Positions 22,851 to 36,221 of a DNA stretch of 64,000 bases are shown one piece after another (within the stretch, counting starts at the first letter, position 1; each line of letters begins with the position of its first letter). The notes below the pieces were generated by a model, which was not told the origin of the DNA, did no database searches, and saw only the letters and a list, made by a program, of their open reading frames with translations. This DNA is from Lama glama (lineage: Eukaryota): assembly GCA_028534125.1 (NCBI GenBank), contig CM052829.1, positions 44,702,001 through 44,766,000 of the forward strand. The letters run 5' to 3'. Made by a program: the position numbers and the translations under genes.

Positions 22851-24267
22851 AAAATGGAAGTCATTTAGAAATTAGTTATCATTGACTTGAAATAAGTGAG
22901 CTTTTTGTTCATTTCCCTGGTGATGTCATATGCACCCACCATGGGGCTGTGCACACAGAAGCCACCTACAAGTCAAGCAGGCTGATGACACACTCTCCAA
23001 AAGCAGGTGTGACACAGGCCTCCAAGACGACAGCCCAGCCTTACACTCCAATGTTTTCATGTTGATGAATGACTTAACCTTTGTAAACATTTCATCTACC
23101 TGATTTAATATTATTCCACAAAGAGTTTATCAGGCTTGCAGTGAATCAAGACCCTCCATTTCTTCTTCTACATGTGGATCCTTCATGGGATATTTAGGAA
23201 ACCAGTGACATCCAAGAAAAACTGGCATTTAGAATTTTGGAATATAGTAGAAGGCTTGGATGAAGATAGATTTATAACAACCGTAGAGGTCTTAACACCA
23301 TGGACATTAACCTTTTCATGTCATTCCCATCCTTTGTTTTCATTGATAAGGAAGAGTTGACTGTAGTGATTTCACATGCAATTCTAAGGTTTCATCTTTC
23401 TTTTATATGTCCTTTTCCTCATCCCAGAAACAACACAGGAAACCATAATAATAGTTCAGTTCAGTTCCTTTAAGTGTATAACTCCACTTTTTTTTCCTGT
23501 TGACAAAAATGTTTCGTATCTATTGATTAAGAAGAAATAATAGGACATACATTTCTCTGGCAATCTAGGAAACAAATCAGTTGAAAAGCCATGCCCTGAA
23601 TTTCTCAACTATTCTTAAGATTGGGTCAAAGTACAGGAAGAAAATAAAGTCTTCTTCAAATTCTTGCCCTGCTTGCAAAATCCCTGTTTGGAGGCAGCAT
23701 GTTCAGGGTAAACCCTCTGCCTTGCCTTCTATTCCTATTGGTACACCATGAGATATTGGCTAAGTTGCTTCACTTTTCAGTATAAGCTCTCCTATCTCCG
23801 CAAGGTGTTTGATCATGATTGCCTTGTCAGCAAGCATTTATTAAGCGTCTATTTTCGTGTGCCACTGTACAAGGTACTACATCAAGATGTCTACCTGTCA
23901 GAGACATGGTAAAGATCTATGAGATAACAAAAGCAAAAATGTTTAAATGTCCTTGAAGGAATGAAACTGTGCCAAGTCCAGAGATTATGAATTCAGATTC
24001 TTAGCATGAAGAAAGTTCTCCACAGTTTTCATAATTTTAAATTTATTTAGTTGACCTGGTGGAGATCAGGATTAATCCCAACAGAGAAAAGTCAGTGTTT
24101 CACAGAGAGAAATTCTGTTTCAGGTCCTGGAATATTACCACATATCGGAGGATCTCAAAGCGGGTCAGGGTAAAGAGCAAGTCTGGATAAACAGCTGCAC
24201 ATTTATACTGGCCAGTACAAATACTGGCCAAAAATTTGGGCAAAATTGTTGCATATGGAGAACACTA

Positions 24268-24722
24268 TGCTGGTTATGCTCCAGTTGGCTTAGCAGATTA
24301 ACTCTGTCTTTCCTCACCCTGCTTTATGTCCTGGGCAGCTGACCCCTAGAGACTGTATCCCTTGCCACTGCCTTCCAGTTGAGTTAGACCAGTGAGAAGC
24401 ATCAGCAGGAGATCAGAGCTTGGAAGGAGATGGTGTCAGGGTATTTCTTCCAGGCTCCCTGTCTTCTTTGGGTGAGTTTCTAGCAGGGAATGTAGCCTCC
24501 ATGAGGTTCTACTGGGTTCAAGCAGCACTACTCCCCCCAGCCTTGCCCTTCAAAACTAAGGGTGGTAGCATCTCCCACTGCTGCTGGTCTCTGGATGCCT
24601 CAGCATCTCTTGTTTGTTCCTTAATCCTGACCATAGCTCTGTAAGTAGTCATTTCTCAAACTGTCTTCACCAGAAACTTCTGGGGTGATTTCTTTTTCTT
24701 ACTAGAGCCCTGGCTAATGTGT
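24268..24722 (+). mobile_element. LTR33-like ERVL solo LTR
   Basis: ctcaccctgctttatgtcctgggcagctgacc...cagcaggagatcagag...cttgcccttcaaaactaagggtggtagc...gagccctggctaat. Confidence 0.75.
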
Positions 24723-26099
24723 ACAGTTACCAAAAAATTTGTAAAATCCATAAAGACCACTGTGTAGACTCTAAGATATTTTTCACATGAAAAACAAGTC
24801 CCTAAGTTTTTGAATCAACCTCTCCACAAGATGACCCCAATATGTTTGGATTTCATTTCTTTGAATCTCTGGATATATTCACCCAGGGACATGAAAATGT
24901 TCTGATGTAACCATTTTTAAGCTGAGAACTCATTGTAAGAATATCTGAGAAGGGGTGAGAAACCCCAGAGAATACTTCCCGCATTGTTCTTCTCCTTTAC
25001 GTGGTTGATGACGTGCATTTTAAGTCAGAAGAAAGCAAAACATTCAGTAATTCTGGCTTTTCTTGGGCAATAATGGGTTTTGCAGGTCTGGGGAGAGGAT
25101 TTTCTCTGAGAGGTTGAGTGTGCATGGAAGGAGAGTCTGTGCCACACGCAGAGAACACAATGAGGTGTCCGCAGGCTGCAGTCTGGGAGGATGCTCACTT
25201 GATCCAGAGCTGACCTTTTGTGACTCACTTTACCTCCCCTCCGCACTATTAACAAACACACTAGCAAGTGGGGAGCTGTAAATGAGTCTGTTTCCTGCAA
25301 GTAAGATTTTAATGAGACTTTCTAGCTGGTCACATAACCAACACAAGATGATAAAAATGTGGATTGTTGACCCCCTCCCTCCCGCTAGTGATGTAAACCC
25401 TGGTCAATGTGCTGAAAACAAACTAAATTTAATTTTAGTTTACAAAATCATAACGAAACAGAAAATTAGGTCAAAATACGTCTGTCTCTGGTGGCGGTAA
25501 CAGGGACTTTTGCACAAAGCCAAGTAATCTCACGGCAGAAGCCCATTTTTGCCTGACCTAGTGTCGTGGCAAACACAACATTTTCTAACCGGCATGCTTC
25601 ATTTGGCGTGATTTGGCTAATGAATTCTTCCTGGGCTTAAAAATCAGGCATGGAGGTGGGTTAGAGAAAGGGAAAGTTACAATCCAACTCTGTCTCCATG
25701 GGAGTTGGAAGGTCTCCATGGGAAAAAAAATGTGTTTCCTCCCCGTGATTTGTCTCTGCTCTTTATTTTTGGATATTGTTGGGCAAGAGGGGCACACAGG
25801 GCATAGACGTGACCAGGAGCCAGCCGGCAGGAGCTGATGCAGAAGGAAGAAATGGGAAGATGAGTATTTTTTTCCCCATTGCGTTTTCTACTCTTCTCAA
25901 GGCAAATAATCCAAATTCCAATAGCCTTAACTATTAGAGGCAGCTTTCAAATGATCCCACTCATTCAGAACCTAGCCTGCTGCTTGCAACATCTCTTGTT
26001 GCTTCCAAGGCTGAAGAAAATGCAGAGGGATGAAAAGAAATAGGAAAAAGACAAGATTGAACAATAGTGTTAGCTGATCTATTTTTTTGATGTTACATT

Positions 26100-26490
26100 A
26101 TTCACTGATTTATTCATTCAACAAATAAGTACTAGGCACTATTATGTGGCCAGTAGTAATATAGATGCTATGGATCCAAGAGTGACAGAATATTGAGTCC
26201 CTCCCCTCAAATACCTTACTTCTGAGTGGGGGAAACAGACAATAGACTAAAAGACAAAGCGATACGTAGTGTGACATCTGGTATCATAAATACCGATATG
26301 TGTGAGGCTCTGTACGAAGAATTTACTTACACCAAGAACTCATCTACTCCTCACAGCACACAGGGGTAGAAAGGTTATTGTCTCTGCTTTATTCTGAGAA
26401 GACAGATTCAGAGAAGAAAGGAACTTGTCTCAGGCTGTCCTAGGTGGAGCTGAGCCCAGGTCTGCCTGGCCTCACAATGTGTAGCCATGG
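26100..26490 (-). mobile_element. L2 tail followed by MIR
   Basis: ttcattcaacaaataagtactaggcac...gggggaaacagacaata; then ctcctcacagcac...gacagattcagagaag. Confidence 0.65.
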
Positions 26491-28318
26491 CTTTGTTTGG
26501 CCTCCCCGTTGGTCCACCTATATCTGCCTACCCAGAGAGACACCCCCACCTCCCCCAGCTTGTCCTCTCTGCAGTCTCAGAACACTTTCTGCTTGTAGAA
26601 TTCTCTTGGAAGTTGGCCATGGACAGCTTCACAAGAGCTGCCATCTCTTTCAATCTGTTATTGAACTGTTTTATTTGTATTTAGCCTAATTAAAAGCTTG
26701 ATCATGATTGAAATGTTTCTTCCCAACTTTACTATAAACTCCTTGAGGGTCAGAAATATTTAACAGATTTTTATCCTTTATGGCCCTGGAGGTACTCACA
26801 TCATGCCTTGTTCACGGTGGGTGTGTAATATGGAGTTGACTTATTTGAGTCTGTAGAGGACGTGGTCCTGGCAATTCCTTGAAGGAGCTTCATCGTTATC
26901 TCAAGTCATAGATGAGATTCTTGTTCTTAATTTCTCCTCTCAGGGTATCTAGGGCTAAAACTTAGACCATTTCTTCTTTTAAATGTGTAGTCTGCCTTAT
27001 AATACCTCCTTGGAGGGCAAATAAACTGGTCCAAAGTGTTTCATCATAGCTGGCACATTCAGGTCCTCTGTATCCTAAAACAGTCACACTTATGGAAAAG
27101 AATTGAATTGCTAGACTTACTATTTAAGCTGGGAATTAAAAAATAAAATACAATAAAACATGCAAAACAAAACAGGACTGGGAATAAATGATTTGCCTTT
27201 ATAAAATCTTCTTAATGGGGGAAACAGCCCTCCAAACATGAGGCTCAGTGTCCACTGCAAATCTTGCTAACGAGCATCTGGAGGAGCAGGTCATCCTGGG
27301 TCTACTTGCATCCGGTCAAGGCTGCTCTTCTACAAGAGGACTCATCTTGCATCCTTACTCACATAAAATATCATTCCATTTCAACACATTTCTTAAGCAA
27401 GAACGCAGAGTCAGGCAGCAACTAAGTATATATTTTTAAAAGTATAGCCTTTATGGGTGTGTAAATACTCTGCCTTGCTCTTGTCTACTCAAAACTCACT
27501 GGAGCCCAGGAGTTTGAGCAGAGTGATTCTGAAAGGAAGTGTTTTCAAAGTTCAATCGTGTCTTATTGCCATGAATGTGATCTTTCTGAGTTGTTATACA
27601 GAGGTATCCCGTAATTTGAAGTCTATATTTATATAGAGAGACATAAGAGAGTTTTATTGGAGTTAGTTCAGGATGTGAGGCATCTCCCAAATCTCTGCTG
27701 AGCTGACTCCCCACCCTTTTTGACATTTACTTGGTCACTGTATGAGCCACCTCTTATCTCATTTAAATCGCTTGAGAACTGGCAATTAGAAGACATTCTT
27801 CTTAGGAGCAATTTCAGCCTCCTTGAGATTGAAGTGCTAGCCTGGCTCTAGAAAAGGGGCATGTATACCATGATTTTGCTGTTTGTACTCATATAACTTG
27901 GTGTCTTTGTGCTGGGCATATTGCGGTGATGAGAAAACACAGCGCTCAACTTCTGTGGGTATGCCCAGTGCAGAAGGAGTGGTTCCAGATGTGGCTAATG
28001 TCCTGTATGACGTCTCTGAAAACTCAAAATAAATTTGTTGGTGTTGAAGCCTTGGGTGCAAAACAGTCACGTGTTCAAACCATTATAATTAGGGTGGTAG
28101 TGGATGAATGAAAATAGTGAGGGAAATGAGAGAGCAAGTGATTAGATGCTCATGATCAAATTTCAGAGTCAGGAAGATGCTTCGCTCATTCCACAAACAT
28201 ATTTTTTACATATGCCAGGCAATCTGCTAACTTCTTTGAATGGAGAGGTGAAAGACAGTCCCTTTTTAGGGTATTGACAGAGAAGGACAGACAGATAAGG
28301 CAACAATCTGTTGACTAG

Positions 28319-28695
28319 TGTATTAGTTTCCTAGGAATGCTGTAAGAAAACAGCACAAACTGGACAGCTTAAACAACAGAAATTTATTCACAGATCTGGA
28401 GGTCAGAAGTCCAAGGTCAAGGTGTCAGCAGGTTTGGTTTCTCCCAAGGCCCCTCTCCTTGGCTGGCAGATGCTGCCGTCCTCACATGGTCCTTCTGTGT
28501 ACTTGTGTCCCTGGTGTCTCTTCTCCTCTTATAAGTACGCCAATCGTGTGGGATAAGGATCCTAACTTAAAGGCCTCATTTTAACTTTATCACCTCTTTA
28601 AAGACCTTACCTTCAAATGTGGTTCCATTGTGGGGTACAGAAGGTTGGAACTTCAACACGTAAATATTGAGGATGACACAATTTAGCCCGTAACA
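28319..28695 (-). mobile_element. MLT1B-like MaLR solo LTR inserted in an L2
   Basis: TGtattagtttcctagg...ctggaggtcagaagtccaaggtcaaggtgtcagcagg...gacacaatttagcccgtaaCA; L2-like flanks on both sides. Confidence 0.85.
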
Positions 28696-29435
28696 GTCTA
28701 TTAAAAGTGATGATAGAGGTTGCCCGGGATGCTTGGGAAGCACCAAGGAGGGGGGCTGTTAGAGAGACTTCACAGAGCATGAGAAATACCCAGGCATTGT
28801 GGGATATAGAGCAAACTGCCTGGGTACAAACAGTGGGCTCCTCCCACAGCTGGAACAAGGTATGAATTAAGAACTCATGAGTACACGGTGACATTAGGTA
28901 CTTTCAGAACCACACCTGACATCCAGTCTAAAAGTTCTGCAATAGTGTATGTCCTTACAAAACCAAGGCACAAAACAGGAATATGTACAGGTAGGAAAGA
29001 TATCTAGAAACAGTCATGGGTGTTAGCGTAGGACGGAAGCAGAGCTTGAATAAATGCAAGGATAGAATGTGTGGGCGTTCCCACCAACCACTTGTTAGGG
29101 ACCATGCCAGGGCACTGTGGGAGGGCTCCTGGGACCAGCAGCAATTCCGTATTCCAGTCTTTTCTTTTAGGCTTCTGCCACCAGGGACCTCTCTCTGAGG
29201 CTCAAACCAATGGGATCCAAACTCCGTTCCTCTGTATGATCTTTCTTGTTTAGCAGATAGATATTTTTCTCCTTAAAAGAGGCTTCTAGAAGCCAAAGCT
29301 TTCTGGATTTGCACCATCTGTGGAACCACACTGAAACTTCAGTGAATTAACAAAGTTATAGATTGTGGTAGAAAATTAAAGAACTGAGGACCTTCCTGGC
29401 TTGTACTGGTGTGATATCTCTATGAGGCATCACAC

Positions 29436-29469
29436 CAAAACAAAACAAAACAAAACAAAACAAAAAAAA
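29436..29469 (+). repeat. (CAAAA)n microsatellite
   Basis: 5-6 units seen directly. Confidence 0.9.
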
Positions 29470-30864
29470 CCCTCCATTTTCCCTGCTCAGAATCAGTGAC
29501 AGTAATAATGGTTAGAATTTAAAACCAAAGTAGGATAATTTGGGGTTTGTGGAATATGAGGAAATTAGAGATTGAATCAAAGAGTTTCTATTCCTCACAA
29601 TAAGCTGCAGGTGGGTAAAACAATTTATTTGAGTTGGGTTTTGAAGTTTAAAAGCAGGAATTCTCTTTTCGGAGACACTGAAAGATGTAAGCAGTGTATG
29701 ATTCAAAGATGTCCACCATATGGATTTGAATGGATCGGTTTTCAGAGAACAGTGACATCAGAGAACATTTCTCAACTTCTGAAGCCCTGTGAGCCCAGGA
29801 AGCAGGGGGAGCTTAAAATGCCTTGAAATTAATTTTCTTGCTTTTATGATTTTAGCCAGTGTTTTCATTTTAATATTGATACCCAAAAGCAGTTTCTCAA
29901 AGGACACTTAAAATAAAAAACATCAAATAAGCCAATGACACTATTCATTTACTTGAATAACTAGAATACAAATTTCAAATATTGCTGAATTGTATCAAAT
30001 TCAAATGACTAGAATCAAATTTGCATAAATTCAAGTCAATGAGGGGCTTTATTCAAAAATATTATAACTTTGAAATGTGTGTCTAAAGCTGGAGGAGGAA
30101 ATGGTGGTAAAATCTGGAATTAAAAATCTGTAAATGTTTTACTTTTTGCCATTTTTGTTTTTGAACTTCTCTGTTCTTTTTGATAATTCTCTGTTTGACT
30201 TAGTTTATCCATTTTACCTATTATTATTATATTTATAAGCTTTTTCCACATTCAGCATAATGCCACAATAGTGCAAAGTTCAATTAATTTTTATTTATAT
30301 GTGAGTTTCAATCACAGTCCCAACAGAAAATTTTTACACTGTCTAGTCCATTTATCTTAGCAAGAAGAAGAAACCTCAAGCATGAAAAGGAAAAAAACAT
30401 TTCCCAATGACAAAAAATGATATAGTAGCTGAGATAAGCCTCCAGTATGACTCCTGGGTCCTCCATTCCAGCATCTTCTCTCACCCTGCTCTTCGTTCGT
30501 CTCTCTGGATGTCTGGGACTTTGTCCTGACCCCTCCTCCAGCTTGGACCTGATCAGCTCAACAGAGGTTGGAGTTAAGGATGGATGGAAAAGGATCATAG
30601 CCACTACTGAGGTGTGGGGTTTGCCACAAATCAAGGCCAAAGTCAGATGAGTTTTGTTTGAATTTTAAGTTGTTTTTCAATTATTCACAGTCCTCCTTCC
30701 TTTCACTAAAACAGAAAATGAACAATAAAAACCAGCCATCAGTCTAGATGTTCATACTAGACTATGGAATGAGGACTATCCTCAATGCTTCTCCATCACA
30801 TTTACAGGTATTATGGGCCTTTTCTTGGTCAAAGTTCTATATGAAAAAGGCTTTTAATTGGCGA

Positions 30865-30891
30865 GGGCAGGGGAAGGGAGGGGGTGGGGGG
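30865..30891 (+). other. G-quadruplex-capable motif
   Basis: five G-runs of at least 3 with 1-2 nt loops. Confidence 0.6.
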
Positions 30892-32350
30892 TGGAGCAAG
30901 TTCCTTCACTTAAAAAATATCCTTATTCATCTCCAATTATATGCATGAAAAATACTGGATGTGGTGAGGATGCAAAGTGGTATGGCATGGTTTGTGCCTT
31001 CATGAAGCTTATAGTAAAATTTTTAAGATTAAAAAAATACAACTTTTCAACTTAAAAAAATTCCTAGGCTGCCAGTTAGTAATGGTTGCGTGTTCTTCTC
31101 TTTGTATTTACTGGAAGGAGAAATTCTAATAGTTTAATGGGAAAAGGCATCCTTGGGGTTTTCCGCTGGCATTCTAGAAGGAAGCATGCACTGTTTCAGA
31201 CAATACAATAACGTTCTTCCAGCAAGAATGAACTAGCCCAGCGCCTAAAAGTGGTTCAAGGCAAAAGCTCCTGAGAGAAAGTAATTTGGGTGAGCCTTAC
31301 ACAGATTCCTAAGGGACCAGCCTCCCTCGTCATCATAATGCTGATAAGCAAGGAAAGAAAAACAACAAAAGCGTTTCCCCTCTCACTCTTCTCTGGAATG
31401 CCCTTGCCAGGTGCCTGTGACTGACAGCTGAAGCACCATTTTCTCTTTGACTCTACCCAAGCTTCTCTTATTTTGGGGAGAGAGGTGACTTCTGCCTCTA
31501 GGATTCCTTTAGGTATAATGAAATTATTTGCTGAAAATTTCACTTATGAATATGAGACTCTCTTCGTAACGATAAATGAAATTTTTATTCATGACTATAA
31601 GTGTTGACTTATGAATATGTAATACATCATTTTCCACAAATGCCCGCCTTCATTTCTTGCTGGTTGTCCACACCCCACCTCCATCCCCCCATCCTCACCA
31701 CGCGTCCCCCATCTCCTGTCCACCTGTCCCCTTCCCTTTGGGAGACTGGATGCTTTGGTCTCTCTCAACAAAATCATGCCAACAGGAGCCCATTTCCTTC
31801 AGGAGTTAGCAACCACCAGACTCCCCTTGGCCAAGCAGAAATCTGGTTTTCAGCCAACTCACCATATTATAAAGGAATAGGAGAGCTAGTGAGGGAGCCT
31901 AGGGAGATGCGAGGCTCACTGTTCCTTTCAATAATGAAGAAACATACTCATGAAAATGAGCACAAAATTGAGGACGTTCAAGAGTAGAGTAGCTTTAAAT
32001 TAAAGAAGGGCTCAAGGGTGTCAATATATTTGTTAAGCTTTGTGGCAACTTTGTGCATAGTTCAAGTTATCTGTACCCCTGGAGTTTTTGCTTGATATCG
32101 GATAAGCGTAGTTATTTTTAAATGAAAGGGTTCGTTGGAATGCTTTGGTTCTCTCATGGTGATGTAGCACGTATGTCTCTTTTAGAAAGAAAAGTTTTGA
32201 TATGTGCCCCTAACAAAGCCTTCCTTTCACACACACAAAATGTAAACAGAACCACTTAACTACAATATAGCCGAGAACCAGCCTTACAAGGGTTTTCAGT
32301 GTTTGAAGAACCTGTTTTTGCTCTGTGCTATGGTCACGATGAGTGGAGAG

Positions 32351-32673
32351 GGGGCTTTCCTGGAAGCTATGTTGTCAAGAAGTGCCCTGGAGCTGGCCTT
32401 CCCCACTCAGAGCGTGTGAGGGCCCCCGGGACGTCCCCATCGCCCAGCTCGGACGGCAGCAGAAAGCAGCGTCCACGTCAAAATAGTCAAGTCCCGCCCG
32501 GAGAAGCTGTCCTGAGGGTGACGGTCACCAGAGTCAGAGGCAGACTTGTGCGTGTCTCTCCTTTCCTTTCCAGGGTCGATCCCTCTTGTTTAAAGTAGGA
32601 GAGTCTCAAAGTCAGGAAACTAGTCAGACGTCTGAACTATGCGGTGACGCTGAGGCCCCTGTGAACCGGAAAC
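32351..32673. promoter_or_regulatory. CpG-rich candidate promoter/enhancer
   Basis: about 17 CpG in 32411-32670; kappaB GGGGCTTTCC overlapping GAS TTCCTGGAA; CCACGTCA; GC box GTCCCGCCC; ACCGGAAA. Confidence 0.5.
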
Positions 32674-35600
32674 AGACATTTACAGTATCCCTTTCCAGCT
32701 CAGTCAGTTCCAAATATCAACCTCTGATGCTAAGGGGGGCCGGCTGTTGACCCCAAGTCTAACCTGGACAGAGTCAAAGGACAGGTCACCAAGGTCATTT
32801 TTATTTTTCATTTTTACTGTTTAAAGAGAGAATTGGGTNNNNNNNNNNNNNNNNNNNNNNNNNNNNNNNNNNNNNNNNNNNNNNNNNNNNNNNNNNNNNN
32901 NNNNNNNNNNNNNNNNNNNNNNNNNNNNNNNNNNNNNNNNNNNNNNNNNNNNNNNNNNNNNNNNNNNNNNNNNNNNNNNNNNNNNNNNNNNNNNNNNNNN
33001 NNTAAGTGCGCAGACTATAGGAATTGTTTACCAAAACGATGCGTCAGTTAAAAAAAAAAAAAACAAACAACGGGCCCCCAAAAAACTCTTGAGTATGTCT
33101 GTGAGATTCTTCCGTCTGGTTCCCAAGGTCCTTAGTCATCATTTCCCTCATCTTTTGAACTTGATCAAAGCAAAAGGGGGGCCTTGGAGGGGAAAGACTG
33201 CTTTCATTATGCAAAAGGCAATAAGGTAGTCCCTTCCCAGCAGTTAATAGACAGGAATGCTGTAAAATACTGTGTGGTTTTCAAATACCAAGGCGGAAGT
33301 TTTCTGGTTTATAACCTTCCTATTCATCTTGCCTGGCCTCCTGGCTTTCTCATGCATTAGTGACTGATTCCATGCTAAACCAAGCTGGTAGGCTGTGGAC
33401 CTGCTGTCCCGAGCAGGCCGGCCATCTGCCTGGTGCTAACTAGCATGGCCCCCAGAACCACCAGTCCTGGGCTTCTCCTTCAGACCCCAGCCGAAGTTCT
33501 GGGATTTCCACAGTGCTCAGTTACTGTAAGAGCCTCCCAACTTAAATCACTGACCCAAACATGCAGCAAATTGCATTTAAATGAGCAACGCAGGCCCTGA
33601 GGAAAATAGGAGGGAAAATATAAACTGTGGTCACTGCATTCTTCTGATATTTAAAAATTAAAATGGAAATATTTTGTCCACTTGGATTTCTGGGAACTTT
33701 AGGATGGGAAAATTCTTCTAAAGTTCTTGTAAGTGGGGTATCCACTTTTTGATTGAATAATTACCAAGGGAAGAATAAGGAAACAATATTTTATTTGTTG
33801 GTTGGTTGGTTGCACAAATATTTTTTTGAGCATCTATCATGGTCAAGGTCCAGGACAGATGATGATGAGCAGGAAGGGTCTTGCTCATATTCTCATCAAG
33901 AATGGAAAACACCCACCATTGGATCATGGTTCTCTCAAGGTGAAGACCTTTCTTACTGTGGAAAGGAACACACAAAGAAACCATGCACCTCCAGGCAGCA
34001 TAACAAGTCTCCCATTTTGGGGGTCAGGTTTTCAATTTAGAACCTCTGGAAGTTAGAGGTCATCAAAGCCCACCCCACAGCCTTGCTCTATCTGGTAGTT
34101 CCAAAGTCCCTGCGCCCCCAAGAGCCCAGCACAGCACTATTTGTAGGTCAGAGGGCGGATTCTCTCTGCTTCTGAAGCATAGCATTCCTGGTGAGGGATC
34201 CCGTAGCCCTTCCAGACAGGATTAGGTGGTTTTGGTGTGGTCAGCTTTCTCAGAATATCTCCTTAATCAAGCTTGTGAAGTTTGTCCCCAGTCCTAAATC
34301 GAAAAAAATCTGCTTTTAACCACATTGGTCTCAGGGTCTTTGAGTTACCTGATACATCCTTAATCCAAATCATAGGTTGTTCTAGGAGACTCAAGGACTC
34401 AGACAACTTAAATGTAGCACTGGAAGGCAAAAGACTCTATCTGTCCTGTTAATAACCAGCCAAAGAGAAGCAGGAGTCACAGGCAGCCCAGAGGAGGACA
34501 TGTAATGACAGGCGGGATATAAACAGAATGGAAGAGGCTCCCAGGCAATAGTCTTGTTTTCATAATGGAGTCTTTTAACATGATAGGGTCACGTTAAACA
34601 CAAACTTAACTCATTTGCCCAAGAAAGTAGATTGGATTTAGAAAACATTTTTCTTTTGAGCAGCTCAGAGAAAACATACTACAGCATCTAGGACTAATTA
34701 TATTGGAGACTCTCTTGATGTGAACCTGACATCATGCTGACTATTTAAGTGGAGGTCAGAACAGCCTTCAAACTTTGTAAACCACGTTATACTTATACAA
34801 TACCTTTCATTTGAACATTTGTTCTCCCAGTACTTCTACAAGGGTGGAGATAATTTATGGCTTATTTTATGAGTAGAGAAACCAAAATGACTAACCATTA
34901 ACAGGTTGTATTTTCCCAGTTACCCTGTAGGTAATGAGTAGGTTTAAGAAAACAATCCAAGACAGCAAATTCCCAGTTTCTTGGCCTTTACCCTTAGACC
35001 TTTACACCTTAGATGCTCCTAAATGCAATATTATAAGAGCATAAAAAACCTTGTATTAAGGATCCCAGTTGACTATTATCTCATTATCATCATAGGACAT
35101 TTTGAAAGGGACTAAGATAGTTAACTATGTATGAATTCTTTCAAATTTAGTACTGCTTTTAAACTGAGGCAAGAGGGACTCTTACCCTGGTTCCTTAGCT
35201 TTACAGGACACCACGTATCACAGACACAACACCTTTATAGACCAGCATGTGGGTTCTCGGTGTGGCACGACACAGACCGTATCCCTGAACATCTGCCCTG
35301 ATGATTAACCCCGCTCAGGCCCCAGGGAAACACTCTTGGGCTTCTCTCGCTCTGTGTCCTCAGGATGAAAGGACTGTGACCAAATACCGTGAAGGCTTGT
35401 GGGCTGTGCCACTGCTGACAACAGAGGTGGGCATGGCTTTGGAATGTGGGGACTATTCAGTAGCAGGAACACTGAGGTATAGAAAACAACAAAGACAAAT
35501 GAATTAACTTATCAAGTCCTTCCTTTCAGATCACAAAATAGTAGTTTCTAGAAGTGCTGAGCAGCCATTTTCTTGCTCCTCTTCAAGTTCCAGTGGGTGG

Positions 35601-35849
35601 TTCTCGGGTGTGCAGGAGCTGTTGTGACACTCACCACGGCTGCAGAGGGTGGCTGAGGAAAAGGTTGCAATAGGGGACACTTCATCTTTCTCTTAAGTTT
35701 ATGCATCTATAGGGCTAAATGTACCATCTGTGAATCGTGATACTGATTTCCAACTTGGACATAAATATTGAAGCATATTATACAGACCTCAATTCATACA
35801 GTAGACAAACGCTATATGTGGACCTGTTTAGAGGTCATTGTCGCCTTAC

Positions 35850-35955
35850 TGTGGGGCCTTGGACAGGTCGTAACTTCCCCGGGTCTCTGTTCCCCATGTG
35901 TAAAGGAGTGTTAGAGTGGATATTCTCTAAAGTCTCTTTTAGCTCTAAGAAATTA
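35850..35955 (+). mobile_element. MIR3-like fragment
   Basis: tgtggggccttggacaggtcgtaacttccccgggtctctgttccccatgtgtaaagg...tctctaaagtctcttttagctctaa. Confidence 0.7.
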
Positions 35956-35959
35956 AGTA

Positions 35960-36185
35960 ATTCTACTTACAAAGTCAAATATTTATAAGCAAATAAAGTT
36001 ATCCATTTATTTATAGATTTATAAAATGTAACAATGTAAAGTATAATAATATTACATTATTAAATATGATTAATATAAATATGGTAAATGTTAGATTATT
36101 TATAAATTAATATACTTATAAATAAGTACTTCTTATAAAACCACATATAACTTTATATAAAACGTACTATAAACCTTTTATAACT
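35960..36185. repeat. AT-rich low-complexity tract
   Basis: strongly A/T-biased, with recurring TATAAA/TTTATA. Confidence 0.75.
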
Positions 36186-36221
36186 CTTACATCCTTCTCA
36201 TCCTCATTTTGCCTCTCCAGC

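Noticed and set aside
25420-25441. Near-palindrome AAACTAAATTTAATTTTAGTTT
   Set aside because: Almost entirely A/T, so likely by chance
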